From the NCBI RefSeq assembly GCF_006345805.1, contig NC_043018.1, positions 1,488,001-1,552,000 on the forward strand: 64,000 bases of DNA. Reading direction: 5' to 3'. Position 1 is the first letter of the stretch. Each line of letters opens with the position of its first letter. This document shows positions 36,090 to 51,863 of this stretch, one piece after another. The translations under genes and the position numbers were made by a program. The notes under the pieces are model-generated. The model was not told the origin of the DNA. It made no database searches and was given only the letters and a program-made list of their open reading frames with translations. Source of the stretch: Octopus sinensis. Its lineage: Eukaryota.

Positions 36090-36250
36090 GGAAGAATTTC
36101 CCAAAAACAAAAGACGAGGACAGGTGGTATAGACAACAAACAGATGTATTAGTTTAACGCTCGGGAAGTGAGAAAGTCTTTAACGTTTCGAGCCTACGCT
36201 CTTTCACAGAAAGGAACACAGAAAGAAACAAGGAGAGTAAATAAAGAATG
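36090..36250 (-). mobile_element. Penelope-like 3' end fragment abutting (TA)n
   Basis: Homologous to 9440-9570 and 56590-56760. Confidence 0.6.
36178..36213 (-). ncRNA. Non-canonical hammerhead-like motif
   Basis: cttt-CTGTGAA-A-GAG cgtagg CTC-GAA-ACGT-T-aaag; stems I, II and III intact; core deviates at positions 6 and 8. Confidence 0.4.
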
Positions 36251-37028
36251 TTAGAATCCTGAGTGTTCGCATCGCATGGAGTACAATACATGTAACTCTT
36301 TTGTATTGTCGTTTCTCCATTCACCCCTTCAATGGTAATACATACACATCACACACAAACATATATATATATATATATATATACATATATATATACATAT
36401 ATATATATATATATTATATATTATATTTATATATTCTATATATAATTTATATATATATATGTATATGTATATATTTGGTGGGAGCATGTGTGGTTGTGTG
36501 TGTTGTGTGTGCGTGTAAATGTGTGTGCGCTTGTGTTGTGTGTATGTGTGTAATCGAAGGAATGTGGAGCTTGAAATTACTAGGAATGACGCAGAAGGAA
36601 ATATAAATGATCCCTATCTAATTCTTAATCGTTTTGAGAGTGAACTGCTTTTTGTTGAACAGGCTCGTTTGGGTTGTTTTAAAGGTGGCGGATGAGGAAA
36701 ATCAACGGTGCGTGATATGAAATCCTTTGCGGTATAAGGTGTCATACCTTGAGGCAGGAATTAAATTCCCTCGTTGTGGGTTTTTAGTTTTTCTCAGTTT
36801 TCGGGCGCAGATTAAGTTTGTAGCACATTACTAATGGATAGATGTGATCGGCTGTTTTCACTCCACAATTTACACCCCACCACATACAGAAACACTCACA
36901 CATGCACACGTGCACAAGTGTACACGCGCGTAAAACATGTGATTACGTGCTTAAATAAGAATCATATACAAGTCAAATAGATGCACATATTCCAAATCAC
37001 ATGCATAAGCACACACATATATGTAATG

Positions 37029-37074
<46 letters not shown>

Positions 37075-38467
37075 GATAGAAAGATACATAGATAGATATA
37101 TAGATAGGTAGACAGACAGACAATTAGATAGATACAGATATACACATATATATATATGTACATATACATCTATATACATATATATACATATATGTATATA
37201 CATATAACCCACATGTGTTTACATTTATACACATATATACACATATATTTAACATATTTAAGACATAAATACACAGAATATACAGAAAGACAGAGATAGA
37301 CACATGCATGCTTATACCCATCCCTTTTCCAACCAGCTTCCCAACCATTCATCTATACATACACACATACATACATGAATACATATATACATACATGTAT
37401 ATGCTGTCAATATCTGGTCATATTGCCTTGAATCGATTGCAGAGTGCATGTGCATAAGACTAATGTTATATTCAAATGTATATATTTATTAAGTCTTTTT
37501 TGCTGCAGATTTCTATTTTCCTTACACATAATTCCTCTTTAATTTTTCTGAAATACAATGTGTTCACTAAAGTTATTCTCATTTATATCATTCAAATCCG
37601 TTTGGCTTCAGAGAAAGGTTTATCATGCTATCAAGGAAAAACAGAACTTGATACCAATTTCTTGCCGCTGGTTTCTCGTTTCCTCTGAAGTTTTACGTAA
37701 AAGCAAAACGAAACATTAAAAGACAGAATTTTATCTCCTATTTCGTTTTTATTTGAAGATTATTTTATGGAACGTTCCGAGTATTTTAGAATTTTTATCA
37801 TTCACTTTAAGAAACTAAATCATAAAACATGTTTTATTTTGTTTCTGTTTTGTATTTTGTATAGTTTTATTCTTTGTTCCCATCTCCCTAAATAATACAA
37901 TTATTTTCCATCCCAATTCTCAACAGTTTCTTCAAAGAAAAAAAAAATCCATTCCTTTCATAATGTATTTCTAAGAGAATAAATTAAAAAAAACGGAAAA
38001 CAAAATGAAGAAGATCACCCACATAAGAGAAACAAAACTTTATTTCAAGAGCAAAGATGTTTTAAAAGAGAATCAGTTTACAAAAACGAGAATCTCTTTT
38101 ATGCAATAATATTATTTTGCTAGGAGTAATTTTCACCTCAACTGAACAGTTTCACACACTTTCAAAAATGGAATTTAGACAATAATATTACAATATTCTC
38201 TACTCGTATCCGCTTAAGAATAGCTCAGCTCTCTGGAAATATTCCCCATACATATAAATACGCATACATTCATATATATGTACATATATGTGTGTGTGTT
38301 TGTGTGTGTGTATGAGCGTACGCACGCGTGCCTGTGTGTATCTATGTATTAATGTTTGTATGTATGTATATCGATGCGTTTTGCACACGATCAAAAACTT
38401 CGAGATACTGCTTTGTATGTGTATATATTTATATATATGTGAGAATGGTGCGTTTGTTTACGTGTGA

Positions 38468-38513
<46 letters not shown>

Positions 38514-38789
38514 ATATTATATAAACTGTATATAGTACATACACTGAGAGTGTTAAAAACAGCACATCTTCCAAAATATTTTTTTCTCCAGTTTTGCTGG
38601 GTTTTTTTCCCTTCGATGTTTGTTTATTCTTCTTTGTAATTATAACTATAATTACATTTACAAACCCATACTACCCACAGAAGTGAAAGTGAATAATAGA
38701 ACTGAAATATTGAATGTATAATTCTTAGTTGTATTCTTCGTAAGTTCGAATTATTCTACCTTGAAGTTTTCTCCAATATATTTTCCATT

Positions 38790-38950
38790 ATATTCCTTCT
38801 TTCTTCTTCTTCTTCTTCTTCTTCTTCTTCTTCTTCTTCTTCTTCTTCTTCTTCTCATTTTTATTATTATCATTACTATTATTATCATTACTATTATTAT
38901 TATTATTGGTAGTAGTAGCAGTAGTTTTATTATTATTATTATTATTATTA

Positions 38951-38981
<31 letters not shown>

Positions 38982-39168
38982 GGCTTTAGCTGGCAGAGTC
39001 ATTATTGCCCTGGGTAAAATGCTTAACGGCATTTCGTCCGTTTTACGCTCAGGTTTCAAATGCCACCATGGTCGATTTTGCCTTTGGTCATCCTGGGTCA
39101 TTAAAATAACTACCAGTTGAAAAATCCTCCAAACTTACTGGCATTATTCCTAAATTTGAAACTCTTAA

Positions 39169-39219
<51 letters not shown>

Positions 39220-39420
39220 TACTATTACTATTATTATTATTATTATTATTATTATATCATTGTTGTTGTTGTTATTATTATTATTATCTTTACTATTATT
39301 GTTATTATTATTATTATTATTATTACTATTATTACTATTATTACTATTATTATTATTATTATTATTACCATTATTATTATTATTATTTTCGTCGTCGTCG
39401 TTGTTGGCATCATCATCGTA
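38790..39420. repeat. (CTT)n/(TAT)n microsatellites with a degenerate family C SINE (~38985-39160)
   Basis: Directly visible. Confidence 0.85.
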
Positions 39421-39883
39421 TTCGGCAATGTAAATAAACGAGCGAATTATTCTCTTCGGGACACGCGTGTTTCAAGTTTTATCGAATGAATTTTTCATTG
39501 GAAGACATGTTAAAAGAACTATGTTCGCATAAGAAATGGCTGCCCTGGATAACCAGAAGCGAACAACTAAAATAAAGAAATACTTTTGTTTAATAAAGCT
39601 TTTGAAATTTTATTTACACGCGCTACATTTGCGCATCCATACGCAATTTTGATACAATTAGAATCAGTACAATGTCAAGAAAATGCAACTCAGCATTAGA
39701 AAGAACAAAGAAGAAAATTGACAAGGAAAATATATGGAAGTGTATAATGATCAAATTAATGGATGTGTTTGTAACAAAATACTCAATGTAATACTTTGGA
39801 AATGTTCAGCCATATTAACATCAGTAAGAGTAATATCGACTATTACGGACTGTCAACTACTTTAAGTTGTTCGTATAGCATAC

Positions 39884-40184
39884 TTACTTACTTTGTTCTT
39901 TCTCGAGCCATCCCTGGTTCATAAGGGCCGGTTTCTTGGCGTATAGGTTCCCTACCTGGACGGGACGCCGGTCCGTCGCAGGTGACCTTCAGCATTCGGG
40001 AGGAAAGAGTGAGAAAAAGTTGTGGCGAAAGAGTCAGCAGAAGTTTCGCAATTACCTTCTGTCGGAGCCGCGTGGAGCTTAGGTGTTTCGCTCATAAACA
40101 CACACATCGCCCGGTCTGAGGTTCGAAGCCGCGATACCTCGGCCTCGAGTCCGCTGCTCTAACCACTATGCCATGTACCTCCAC
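39884..40184 (-). mobile_element. SINE with family B head and a third tail type; 12-bp TSD
   Basis: TSD CGTATAGCATAC at 39872-39883 and 40184-40195; tail gcgacggaccggcgtcccgtccagg shared with 56995-57105. Confidence 0.85.
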
Positions 40185-40299
40185 GTATAGCATACCCGGA
40201 GTGACAAACATTCCCCAAATACGAAAGATTCTGTTGTGATTTTTAGATCTATCATAGTTACTCTTATGGGTGAATTTCGTTAAAACGATTTATTCGCAG

Positions 40300-40361
40300 C
40301 TTGATAAAAGTCAAAGTGTGGCCGAAGAGCAAATTTACCTGTGTCACTACGCAGGAAATAC
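40300..40361 (+). CDS. Candidate exon LDKSQSVAEEQIYLCHYAGN(T)
   Basis: ttattcgcag acceptor, AC|gtaagt donor; 62 nt, phase 0 to 2. Confidence 0.45.
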
Positions 40362-40575
40362 GTAAGTGGTCTCAGTTTTCTCTCGGATGAGCAGCATTAA
40401 CGGCGCTCTGTGATATGTATGTAGATGTTTTCTAAATTAAAATCAAAAAGGCTATAGCTATGGCACAACTTTGGAAGCTGAAACCGAGGCCAAAAGAAAG
40501 GCTGAAATGCGTCCTAATTTACATTTATACACCAATGCATGGGTCAAAGAAACACGATAGAATAAATTATATTAG

Positions 40576-40726
40576 ATACGGTGTTGGAACAATGGATAGT
40601 AGATATTTTTTATCACAGTATGAGATTGCTTCCAAAGTAAATTTCACATCTGGTGTCCCGGGATCTGCGGATATCAAATATAGGCCTGCAAGTTCTAATG
40701 ACCCTCAAACGACACGGGGCCGTATG
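40576..40726 (+). CDS. Candidate exon (T)YGVGTMDSRYFLSQYEIASKVNFTSGVPGSADIKYRPASSNDPQTTRGRM
   Basis: Phase-2 start joins 40300-40361 in frame; consensus donor ATG|gtaagt; acceptor weak. Confidence 0.45.
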
Positions 40727-41671
40727 GTAAGTGTGTCTAGTAACTGGTTCCGAGACAAGGTTCATAAGACTAAACATACTTTGCAGAAAGATTAATTCAT
40801 GTATTTATTTAATGTCGCGCAACTTGAAGATTAGGGAACCTTGTCATCAAACATCAGGATGTCATCAATACTAACTAACGTAGCATGGCATGGCTTAGAG
40901 ATGAATGAAACCAAATGAAGGGAAGCGAAAAGTATGATGAGCAACAATGAGACGAACAACAAAACCAAGTCTCCAGATCAACACCAGCCAAAACTTTCGG
41001 GGAAAGCAAATCAAACAGCATTAAGCCGAGTATCACAACTACATGAGCAAACACATTGTCTCTGAACAATAACAATCTATAATATCACACATTTATCATG
41101 CGATGAAGCAGAAAGGCCGTTCATATGTGAAAATTTCGAAAAGGTAGGGAAACATCAAAAGGTGAAAAAAAGAAAGAATAAATAATCACAGAAATGAAAA
41201 GGCTCAAAAAAAAAAAATAGAAATTTTGAAAATGGGAGAAGCGAAGTAATTTCTTCCAAGCGACTATGAAATGCTTTCTCGGGGAAAATAACAAAGAAAA
41301 TTGCGGGAATGAAAAAGAACTAAGTATCCTTGTTCTTCGAAAATGAAACAAAATATTAATAGGAAAAGTTACGAACCTCTGATGCAGCGAACTTTGCGAA
41401 AAAGTTTAAATGATGCAAATCCATTTACGATCAGAATATAAAGAAAAATATATTTTTTTTAAATGGCAACAAAAGACAGATTCCTATTAAAATTAAAATT
41501 CAGACATTTTAGCAATTTAGAATATCATCAGGTTGTTTCCCAACGAAAAAAAACGACTTCGAAGATGTTCAACGTGGCATTTGTTTTTCCCCGAAGACAG
41601 TTTGCATATGGTTAAATAAACAGGGTCGTGTAGTGTTCTAACACAACCTGGCAGAAACGTGTTATGAAATA

Positions 41672-42057
41672 TCTCTCTCTATATAAACGGCAGTTTGTCT
41701 CTGTGCGTGTCTGTGTGTCTGTCAGGTTGTACCCTCACCCTGACCACGGCTTTCAACCGATTCTGATGAAACTTGACACACACATAGCCCAATGTCATAA
41801 TTCAAAAGTAACGCGGCGAAAATTTTGAAAAGTTCCCCCAGTTCTGAAAAAGATCGATAAATTCGACATGGGGTCGACAATCAGAAACACAAACCACAGA
41901 TGGTCATGGGGATGCAACTCGACCTTTTTAACTGTAAAAAAAAAATTTACCATCATTTTTTTTCCCATTTTTTTGCTATTTTTTGGCTATAACTCTCTAA
42001 AAATGCTTTATAGTTATTTCCCTTACAAACCTGAGCAACGCCGGGCGATACTGCTAG
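41672..42057 (+). mobile_element. Non-autonomous Helitron (3' end shared with 25273/27390 family, different 5' body)
   Basis: A|TCTCTCTCTATATAAA...GAGCAACGCCGGGCGATACTGCTAG|T. Confidence 0.8.
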
Positions 42058-42104
42058 TGTTTCTATAAATCACATATTGTTTAATATATTGCGATTATAT
42101 CGTT

Positions 42105-44845
<2,741 letters not shown>

Positions 44846-46149
44846 GACAGAAGAAATATCGTTACGCAATTCTTCCAGCGTGCTAACGCCTCTACCTCCA
44901 CGCCGACTTAATGTGTTTTAGTATATCGTGAAAAAGAGAATGGTATTCTGCGAAAAAGTGGTTATATAGAGAGAGAAAGCGAAATACGAATTGGAATAGA
45001 GAACAGATAATACACTCATGAATGCTTTATGTATTATTAACATTGGTAGGCTATAAAGCAATGCAGTGTATACGATTATAAACTAAAACTAAATAATATT
45101 GACAAATTTATTAAATTGTTGGAATGAAATTGGGGGAGACACGTCCAGGTGATGATTGGCAACAGTTACACACGGCTAGTAACGGAAAATACTGGATGAG
45201 ATTGAATAAGAAGCAGATGATGCCAACGGATTAGCAAAAAGATGGTGAGATGGATTGCATCATTTCAACATGAATTACGTAACGGAAAAGAAATAGGAAA
45301 TCATAAGCAATGGAGTTGTACAAGTAATACAATTTCACTGCGCAGTGGGAAAAGCGATAATGGCTGATTGAAGCTTTTAACGGTGAAGTGAGTATCCCGT
45401 GCGTCGGCGTTATTGTGTCTGCGTTCTGTTCTTGTGTGTATGTATTAATGTGTGCGTGTATTGTGTGTGCGTTAGTTTGTGTTTGTCTGTGTGTGATTGT
45501 GTGTAAGGAATTAGATCTAATTCCATTGGAAGCTCATATGTATTGTGATGACTCTGTTAACATTGCTTACAATGATTGCTCTCGATCTAATATCGATATA
45601 ATCAGAAGAGCAAAGACGAGAGACGGCGGTGATCAATAGACAGGAAAAGAGCTTGCGAGAGAGGGTGAAAGAGAACGGGAGTAACAGAGAGAGAGAGAGA
45701 GAGGTGGGGAGAGAGAGCGAAAGAGAGAAAGAGAGAGACAGAGACAGAGATAGAGAGACGAAAGAGGTGCCGAGGAGTAAAAGAATCAGTTTATTCGACT
45801 ATAGCAATGTCATGGCTGATAAGAACCTAATCAGGGTTACAATACCTGAAGTGAGCTTGATTAGCAATGCGCTTATTAATCATTTCTGTGCCAGAATAAG
45901 GCGATTGTATATCACAGCTGCACTAAATAGAATCGTCTTCAACATTGCCATAATCGTCATCGTCTATGACGTCGCCGTCGTCGCCATCAAGACCATCTTC
46001 AACGGCACCGACTGTGGTAGCATCAACACCACCAGCGTCAACTTCCCGTTGATACACTTCCATTTCCTTCTCAATCACCTTATCATCATTTTCTTTATAA
46101 TTAGCGTCATCACAATAGTAGTAATAATAATAATAATATAATAATAATA

Positions 46150-46197
<48 letters not shown>

Positions 46198-46318
46198 TAT
46201 TATTATTATTACTTTCAAATTTGCTTCCATTTCTTGCCGAGTGTCTTCCCGACTCCTTGGGCAAAGAAACTCATAGTATAATTGGTAGGCCATAATTATT
46301 ATTATTATTATTATATTA

Positions 46319-46351
<33 letters not shown>

Positions 46352-46514
46352 CATCATCCTCATCATCATCATCATCATTATTATTATTATTATTATCATC
46401 ATCATTATAACAATAATGGTTTAAAATTTAGGCACAAAGCGAGCAATTTCGGATGAGAGGGCGAGACGTTTATATCGACCTCAGTACATAACTGGTACTT
46501 ATTTTATAACAATA

Positions 46515-47530
46515 CCCTGACGCAGTACCAGGCACTGGTCACGTTGCTTCTGATTTTAAATGACTGGAAGTGTTATCGTATACATGTTTTGCCCAGGTGC
46601 AAAAGATGGGCTACAGCAAATATTTTGCTCAGAACCACAGATTTGCCAGTCAGTTGTTTGACCGACACCATTTGAGCTTGTCCATTGATGGCTGACGATA
46701 CGTGCATCTCTGATTATGAGCAGAAGCATCGAAGTGTTGAGAGAGATTCTTTGGGTTTTGAATAATTCACTTCTGGAAGCATGGGTGTTTGGTTCAGCAT
46801 TATTTAACAAACCTTATTCAGGGATGTTTTGAAGGAGATGAAACATTCGACCTGAGGAAAATTCTAACTGGACCCCAGCTACAAGGCCATAATTGTTTAT
46901 CTTGATATGAAATCACCATGCCGCGGACACATTATCAGGCGCGCAGTCATGATGGGTATACTGGGTGGCATGTAACGGGCATACTTTGGTGGCATGTAGT
47001 GCTTGCAGTATGGATACCCTGAAGCAATACCAGGCAGTGGCCCTCATGGTTTCTGATCTTAACTGATTGAAAGTGTTATCATGTACATTGTTTTGTCTTG
47101 GTATAAAAGATGGGCTACAGCAAATATTCTGCTCAATATCACAGATTTGCTTGTCACTTGTTTGACCTTAACCAGTTGAGCATGTCCCTTAGTGGCTGAC
47201 GATATGTGCATCTCTGATCACGAGCTGAATTTGGGTGTGCATCATAGCCATGTGTTGAGAGGGATTCTTTGGGGCTTGAATAATTCACATTTGGAAACAC
47301 GGGTGTTTCGTTCAACAACCTTAAACAACCCTTGTTCAGGGACCTTTTGAGCGGGATGGGCTACTCGACCAGAAGAAAATTCTAACTGGGCCACACATGC
47401 AAGGTCATGCGCTGTCTATCTTGATATGAGATCACCATGTCGCGCACATATGGTTGCGATGCATGTGCCTGGTGTACCCTTAACAGACGGGTATTCATGA
47501 TGGGCATACATGGCATGCATGGCTCTCTCA
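46515..47530 (+). repeat. Two diverged tandem copies (~500 bp period) of an unclassified repeat ending in (TAA)n
   Basis: ccctga.gca.taccaggca.tgg at 46515 and 47017; shared aaagatgggctacagcaaatatt, gctgacgata.gtgcatctctgat and gaaaattctaactgg. Confidence 0.75.
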
Positions 47531-47550
47531 CTTAATAATAATAATAATAA

Positions 47551-47600
<50 letters not shown>

Positions 47601-47814
47601 AAAGAAGAAGGAGGAGGAGGATATAATTGTTAAGCCCTGGGAAAAGCGAGCAAAAATCTCGAGAATTTCGTCGAACAAAAAGGGTGGAGCACTTGCAGAA
47701 AACAGCACAGCTTGGAATAGCTCGAATACTCCGGAATGTGCTCGAAAAATAAGAGGTGTTACCTTAGTTCTGTGGTAGTGAACAGCTGACACCGTAGCAC
47801 ATTATTATTATTGG

Positions 47815-48118
47815 CGAGCTGGCCAATCGTTAACAAGACAGGCAAAAATGCATAGCGACATTTTGTCCGTCCTTACGTTGTGAGCTGAAATCTCGCTGAG
47901 GTTCACTAAGCATTTCATCCTTTCGTAATCGATGCAAGAGGAAAGAGAAAGAGAAAGTTGTGGCATAAGAGGCAGCAGAGGTCGCCATTACCTTGTGCCG
48001 GAACCGTGAGGAGCTTAGGTTTTTTCGCTCATAAACACACGCATCGCCCGGTCTGAGATTCGAACCCGCGATCCCGCGGCCGCGAGTCCGCTGATGTAAA
48101 CACAAGGCCATGTGTCTC
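47815..48118. mobile_element. Family C SINE 5' fragment (+) abutting family B SINE 5' fragment (-)
   Basis: Similarity to 29557 and 39884 copies. Confidence 0.75.
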
Positions 48119-48727
48119 TACGGATTGCACTCCCATAAATTAGCAACGTGTAAATAGTCCGAGAGAATTAGCATCAAACTTGAAATTAAAACAAGACAAA
48201 AAAAAAATTGAGATAGATTTGTTCATTGAAATTATTGCTGCAGCACAGCGGGAATTCAATTACTGTAAGACAAAGCGAATGGAGTATTACTCTTATTATT
48301 TCTTATTCAATACACAAATCCATGTCCACTTGGTAGACTAACAAATCATATCTCCAGCTCTCATATCTACCTATCTATGCCTCTCCTCCCTCATATTCCC
48401 ACATGCACAGACCATGTATCACACACACACACACACGTAGCATCAGTGTCTTTTATGTAGTTTTCATACAATTGTTAGTCGCCTGCAGTGTTAAAAAAAA
48501 TAAAGCTTAAAATCTCTTCAATATATTTTTTAATATTTCATATTCCAGTCACAAAATTGTCATTTCGACTACATCCAGTTTTGTTTTATATTTTTTCGAA
48601 CTTCCTGCGCATTAAATGACATGGTGATCCATCAATTTCCTAGGTAAAATAAGTATAATTTTCTTACATATATTTTCGTTAGTTTTCTCCTCTCATATTC
48701 AGTTTTAAATAAGCTTATTTTTGACAG

Positions 48728-48810
48728 AGAGAACGACGGTTGATATTGATGAACACGTTCAGAATATAAATCAGGCAGAAGATTTCACGACATACATAGT
48801 ACCAATTTGA
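48728..48810 (+). CDS. Candidate terminal exon ending TTYIVPI*
   Basis: tttttgacag acceptor; phase-1 frame RTTVDIDEHVQNINQAEDFTTYIVPI*. Confidence 0.25.
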
Positions 48811-48877
48811 GGCCTGAAGCAAATATTAGTTTTCAGCAACACTGATACATACATTACTCAGATTATTTCAGTAGCAC

Positions 48878-48979
<102 letters not shown>

Positions 48980-49031
48980 GGATAGAGTGAATGGGGATGT
49001 TAAGGTTTCGCTTCAGGATAAAGTAAGCTAT

Positions 49032-49160
49032 ACGACGGGCTTCTTCCGGTTTCCATCTACCAAATCCACTCAAAAGGCTTGTCCAAGGTGTCACGCAGTA
49101 GGACTGAACACCGAACCATGTGGTTTGTAAGCAAGTTACTTACGACACAGCCACTCCTTC
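49032..49160 (-). mobile_element. SINE family A 5' fragment
   Basis: Similarity to 55103-55260. Confidence 0.75.
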
Positions 49161-50221
49161 AGCTATATATATATATATATATATATATAATTGATACAGA
49201 GAAAAGTATAGATAGATAGATAGATAGATAGACAGACAAACAGACAGGCAGACACATACATATGTACATACTTACATTCAATATACATTCAATGTACATT
49301 CAATATAGCTGCAATAGTAAATTATACTGTTGTTTTCACTGTTCCAGTTTAGTCGCGCGTTGGTGGTAACACTACCTCTGTATTATACTTGATTTACGCC
49401 TGTACACCACGTTCCTTTACTGTTATGTCTAGCAATGAGCGAGAAAGGGCAAAAGGCTTTTCTAACAAACTGCGATTGCATGTGTCAGAAATTTACAGGA
49501 TTATGACTTGTAGAAGTTACAGCACGTATTCTGTATCTTGTATTACGATATCTGGCTTTTATTTCACGCAGATTTTGTATTCATCATCCCGTATTCATGT
49601 ATATCTCCTCAAATCTACATAAGAAAATTCTATTCGATGATATCAAGCTGCTTTAATCATGCGAAATGGATTTCGGAAGTTGAATTAATTCAAAATATAC
49701 ATAAATTATATTTCACTTAATGCCAGCTATTGCATAGACTTGTGTAAATCGTCATGCTTCGTGTCATTTTGGGTAAACATTGGCATTGGAAACAGCCTGG
49801 GTAATAGTCGATGTACAGGCAGAATCCTACAAAACTGCTCCAAATTGCCAAAATATTTTGGAGTTGACAGCCCTAGGAAACATATATATGCATGTATATA
49901 TATATATATATATAATAATATAGATATATATATATATTATTATATATATATATATATATTTATATAGATATAAATATATATATACATATATATATATAAG
50001 ATATATATATATATATATATATAAATATATTATATATATATATATATATATAATATATAGTATATACGTATGCATAAATTTTTATTTCAAGATTTCTTGC
50101 CAATAGAGAAAGAGCCAAATTGTAATCCAGATCCAAGTCGCTTTCATTGGAATTTCAACAACATCAGCAGGGTATTTTCAAAAGTATGCATATATGCAGA
50201 TTTGTATATTTGTTTTATGTA

Positions 50222-50520
50222 CAGGGTGTCCATAAAGTCTCTTTACATATTCAGAAAATGATTACAAGTACAATTCATGGGATGTTCTAATAATATTAGT
50301 TCTATGGTCTCACTGGTTATCAAAATCGTTAACCACATTATATTTGTGCATTTCACAAATGAAACCCTAAACAAATGGCCACTCTTCAAGAAAACTCTCG
50401 AAGCACGTCATTTAAAAGCAGAATTCAGCTGCATATCACCTGTGATTTCGTAATCACTGTAATGGTATGCTTTAAGAGTCCCTCCTAGCGTGTAGTTTTG
50501 ACTTTAAGAGTCCCTCCAGG
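50222..50520 (+). mobile_element. Tc1/mariner left-end fragment
   Basis: TA|CAGGGTGTCCATAAAGTC TIR-like start; ATGGCCACTCTTCAAG resembling a transposase start. Confidence 0.55.
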
Positions 50521-50699
50521 TTCGTGGAATTTATGTGTAATAATGCCCTGTATATAATACAAATAAATATATTCAAGTGAAAAAATTCATGGATTTTTTC
50601 TCTTTTAAGGTTTTTTTCACGCTAGCTACTTGATAAATTCTTATGAAGGTTTTATCCTATTTTAAAATAATATACATATGTATATATATATATATATAT

Positions 50700-51135
50700 A
50701 GGTGCAGGAGCCACTGTGTGGTAAGAAACTCACCAACCACATGGTTCTGGGTTCAGTACCACTGTGTGGCAACTTGGGCAACTGTCTTCTGATATATTCT
50801 AGGTTGGACCAAACCATTATGAGGAGATTTGGTAGAAGGAAACTGGAAGAAGCCCATCAAATATGTCTATATATATATATATATTTGTGTGCGTGTGTGT
50901 CAGTGTCTGTGTATATATATATGTATATCTATATGTTTGTGTGTCTGTTTTTGTTCCTCAACCAGCGATTGAAAACCGTCGTCGGTGCGTTTACGTCCCC
51001 GTAACCTAGCGGTTGGGCAAAATAGAGCGATAGAATAAGTACTAAGCTGACAAAGAATTAATCCTCGGGTCGATCCGTTCGACTAAAGGCAGTGCACCCG
51101 GGTGGCCGCAGTCAAATGACTAAATCATTACAAGA
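50700..51135 (+). mobile_element. SINE family A
   Basis: Similarity to 55103-55499. Confidence 0.85.
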
Positions 51136-51232
51136 ATATAAGAATATATATATATATGCGTTATAGGTATGTATGCCGACACAGATACACAGATACATAC
51201 GTGCATACTTTATATACATACTGATATGTTTT

Positions 51233-51268
<36 letters not shown>

Positions 51269-51767
51269 TATATACAATATATACATATATGTGTGTATGT
51301 GCATATATGTGTGCGTGTGTTGTTTGCATGCCTGTGTATGCGCGTTTGTGCATGCGTGCGTCTGTGTGTGCTTATGTTGTTCCCTGTTGACTTTCTCGGG
51401 TAGGGTTTTCAATTCTCATAATTTTTGGGCACCTTCCAGAAGGTTTTAAATGCTCTGCCTATACAGCAGTTGTTGTCGATCATCCTTTCTGCCAAAATTG
51501 TTTTCCACGCCGATGCTTACCCGAAATAGTATGAAGCATGACAGTTCGCTCAAGAGTATGGAATGGCTGGCAATAAGCGAAATATAATTTATATTTATTT
51601 TGAATTAATCTACCTTCCGATATCTATTTCGTATGATTGGCCTAATGACTCTAACTAGACACAACTAAACTTGTTCCAAGACTTCAGTTCCCAAACTATC
51701 CTACAAACCAAATACAGAGACCAAATACACACACACACACATACACACACACACACGCACGCACGCA

Positions 51768-51863
<96 letters not shown>

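Larger units (their letters stand above)
39810..40726 (+). pseudogene. Ig V-set-like (CTX/CAR-type) coding remnant split by a SINE
   Basis: After removing the SINE and one TSD: HINISKSNIDYYGLSTTLSCSYSIPGVTNIPQIRKILL*F...; downstream phase-compatible exons 40300-40361 and 40576-40726. Confidence 0.4.

Noticed and set aside
45347-45388. Segment with good acceptor and gtgagt donor
   Set aside because: Stop codons in all three frames; could only be UTR, with no support.
45629-46141. 170 aa ORF with a hydrophobic C-terminus as a TM exon
   Set aside because: Built from (GA)n, a trinucleotide mosaic and (TAA)n; no credible splice sites.
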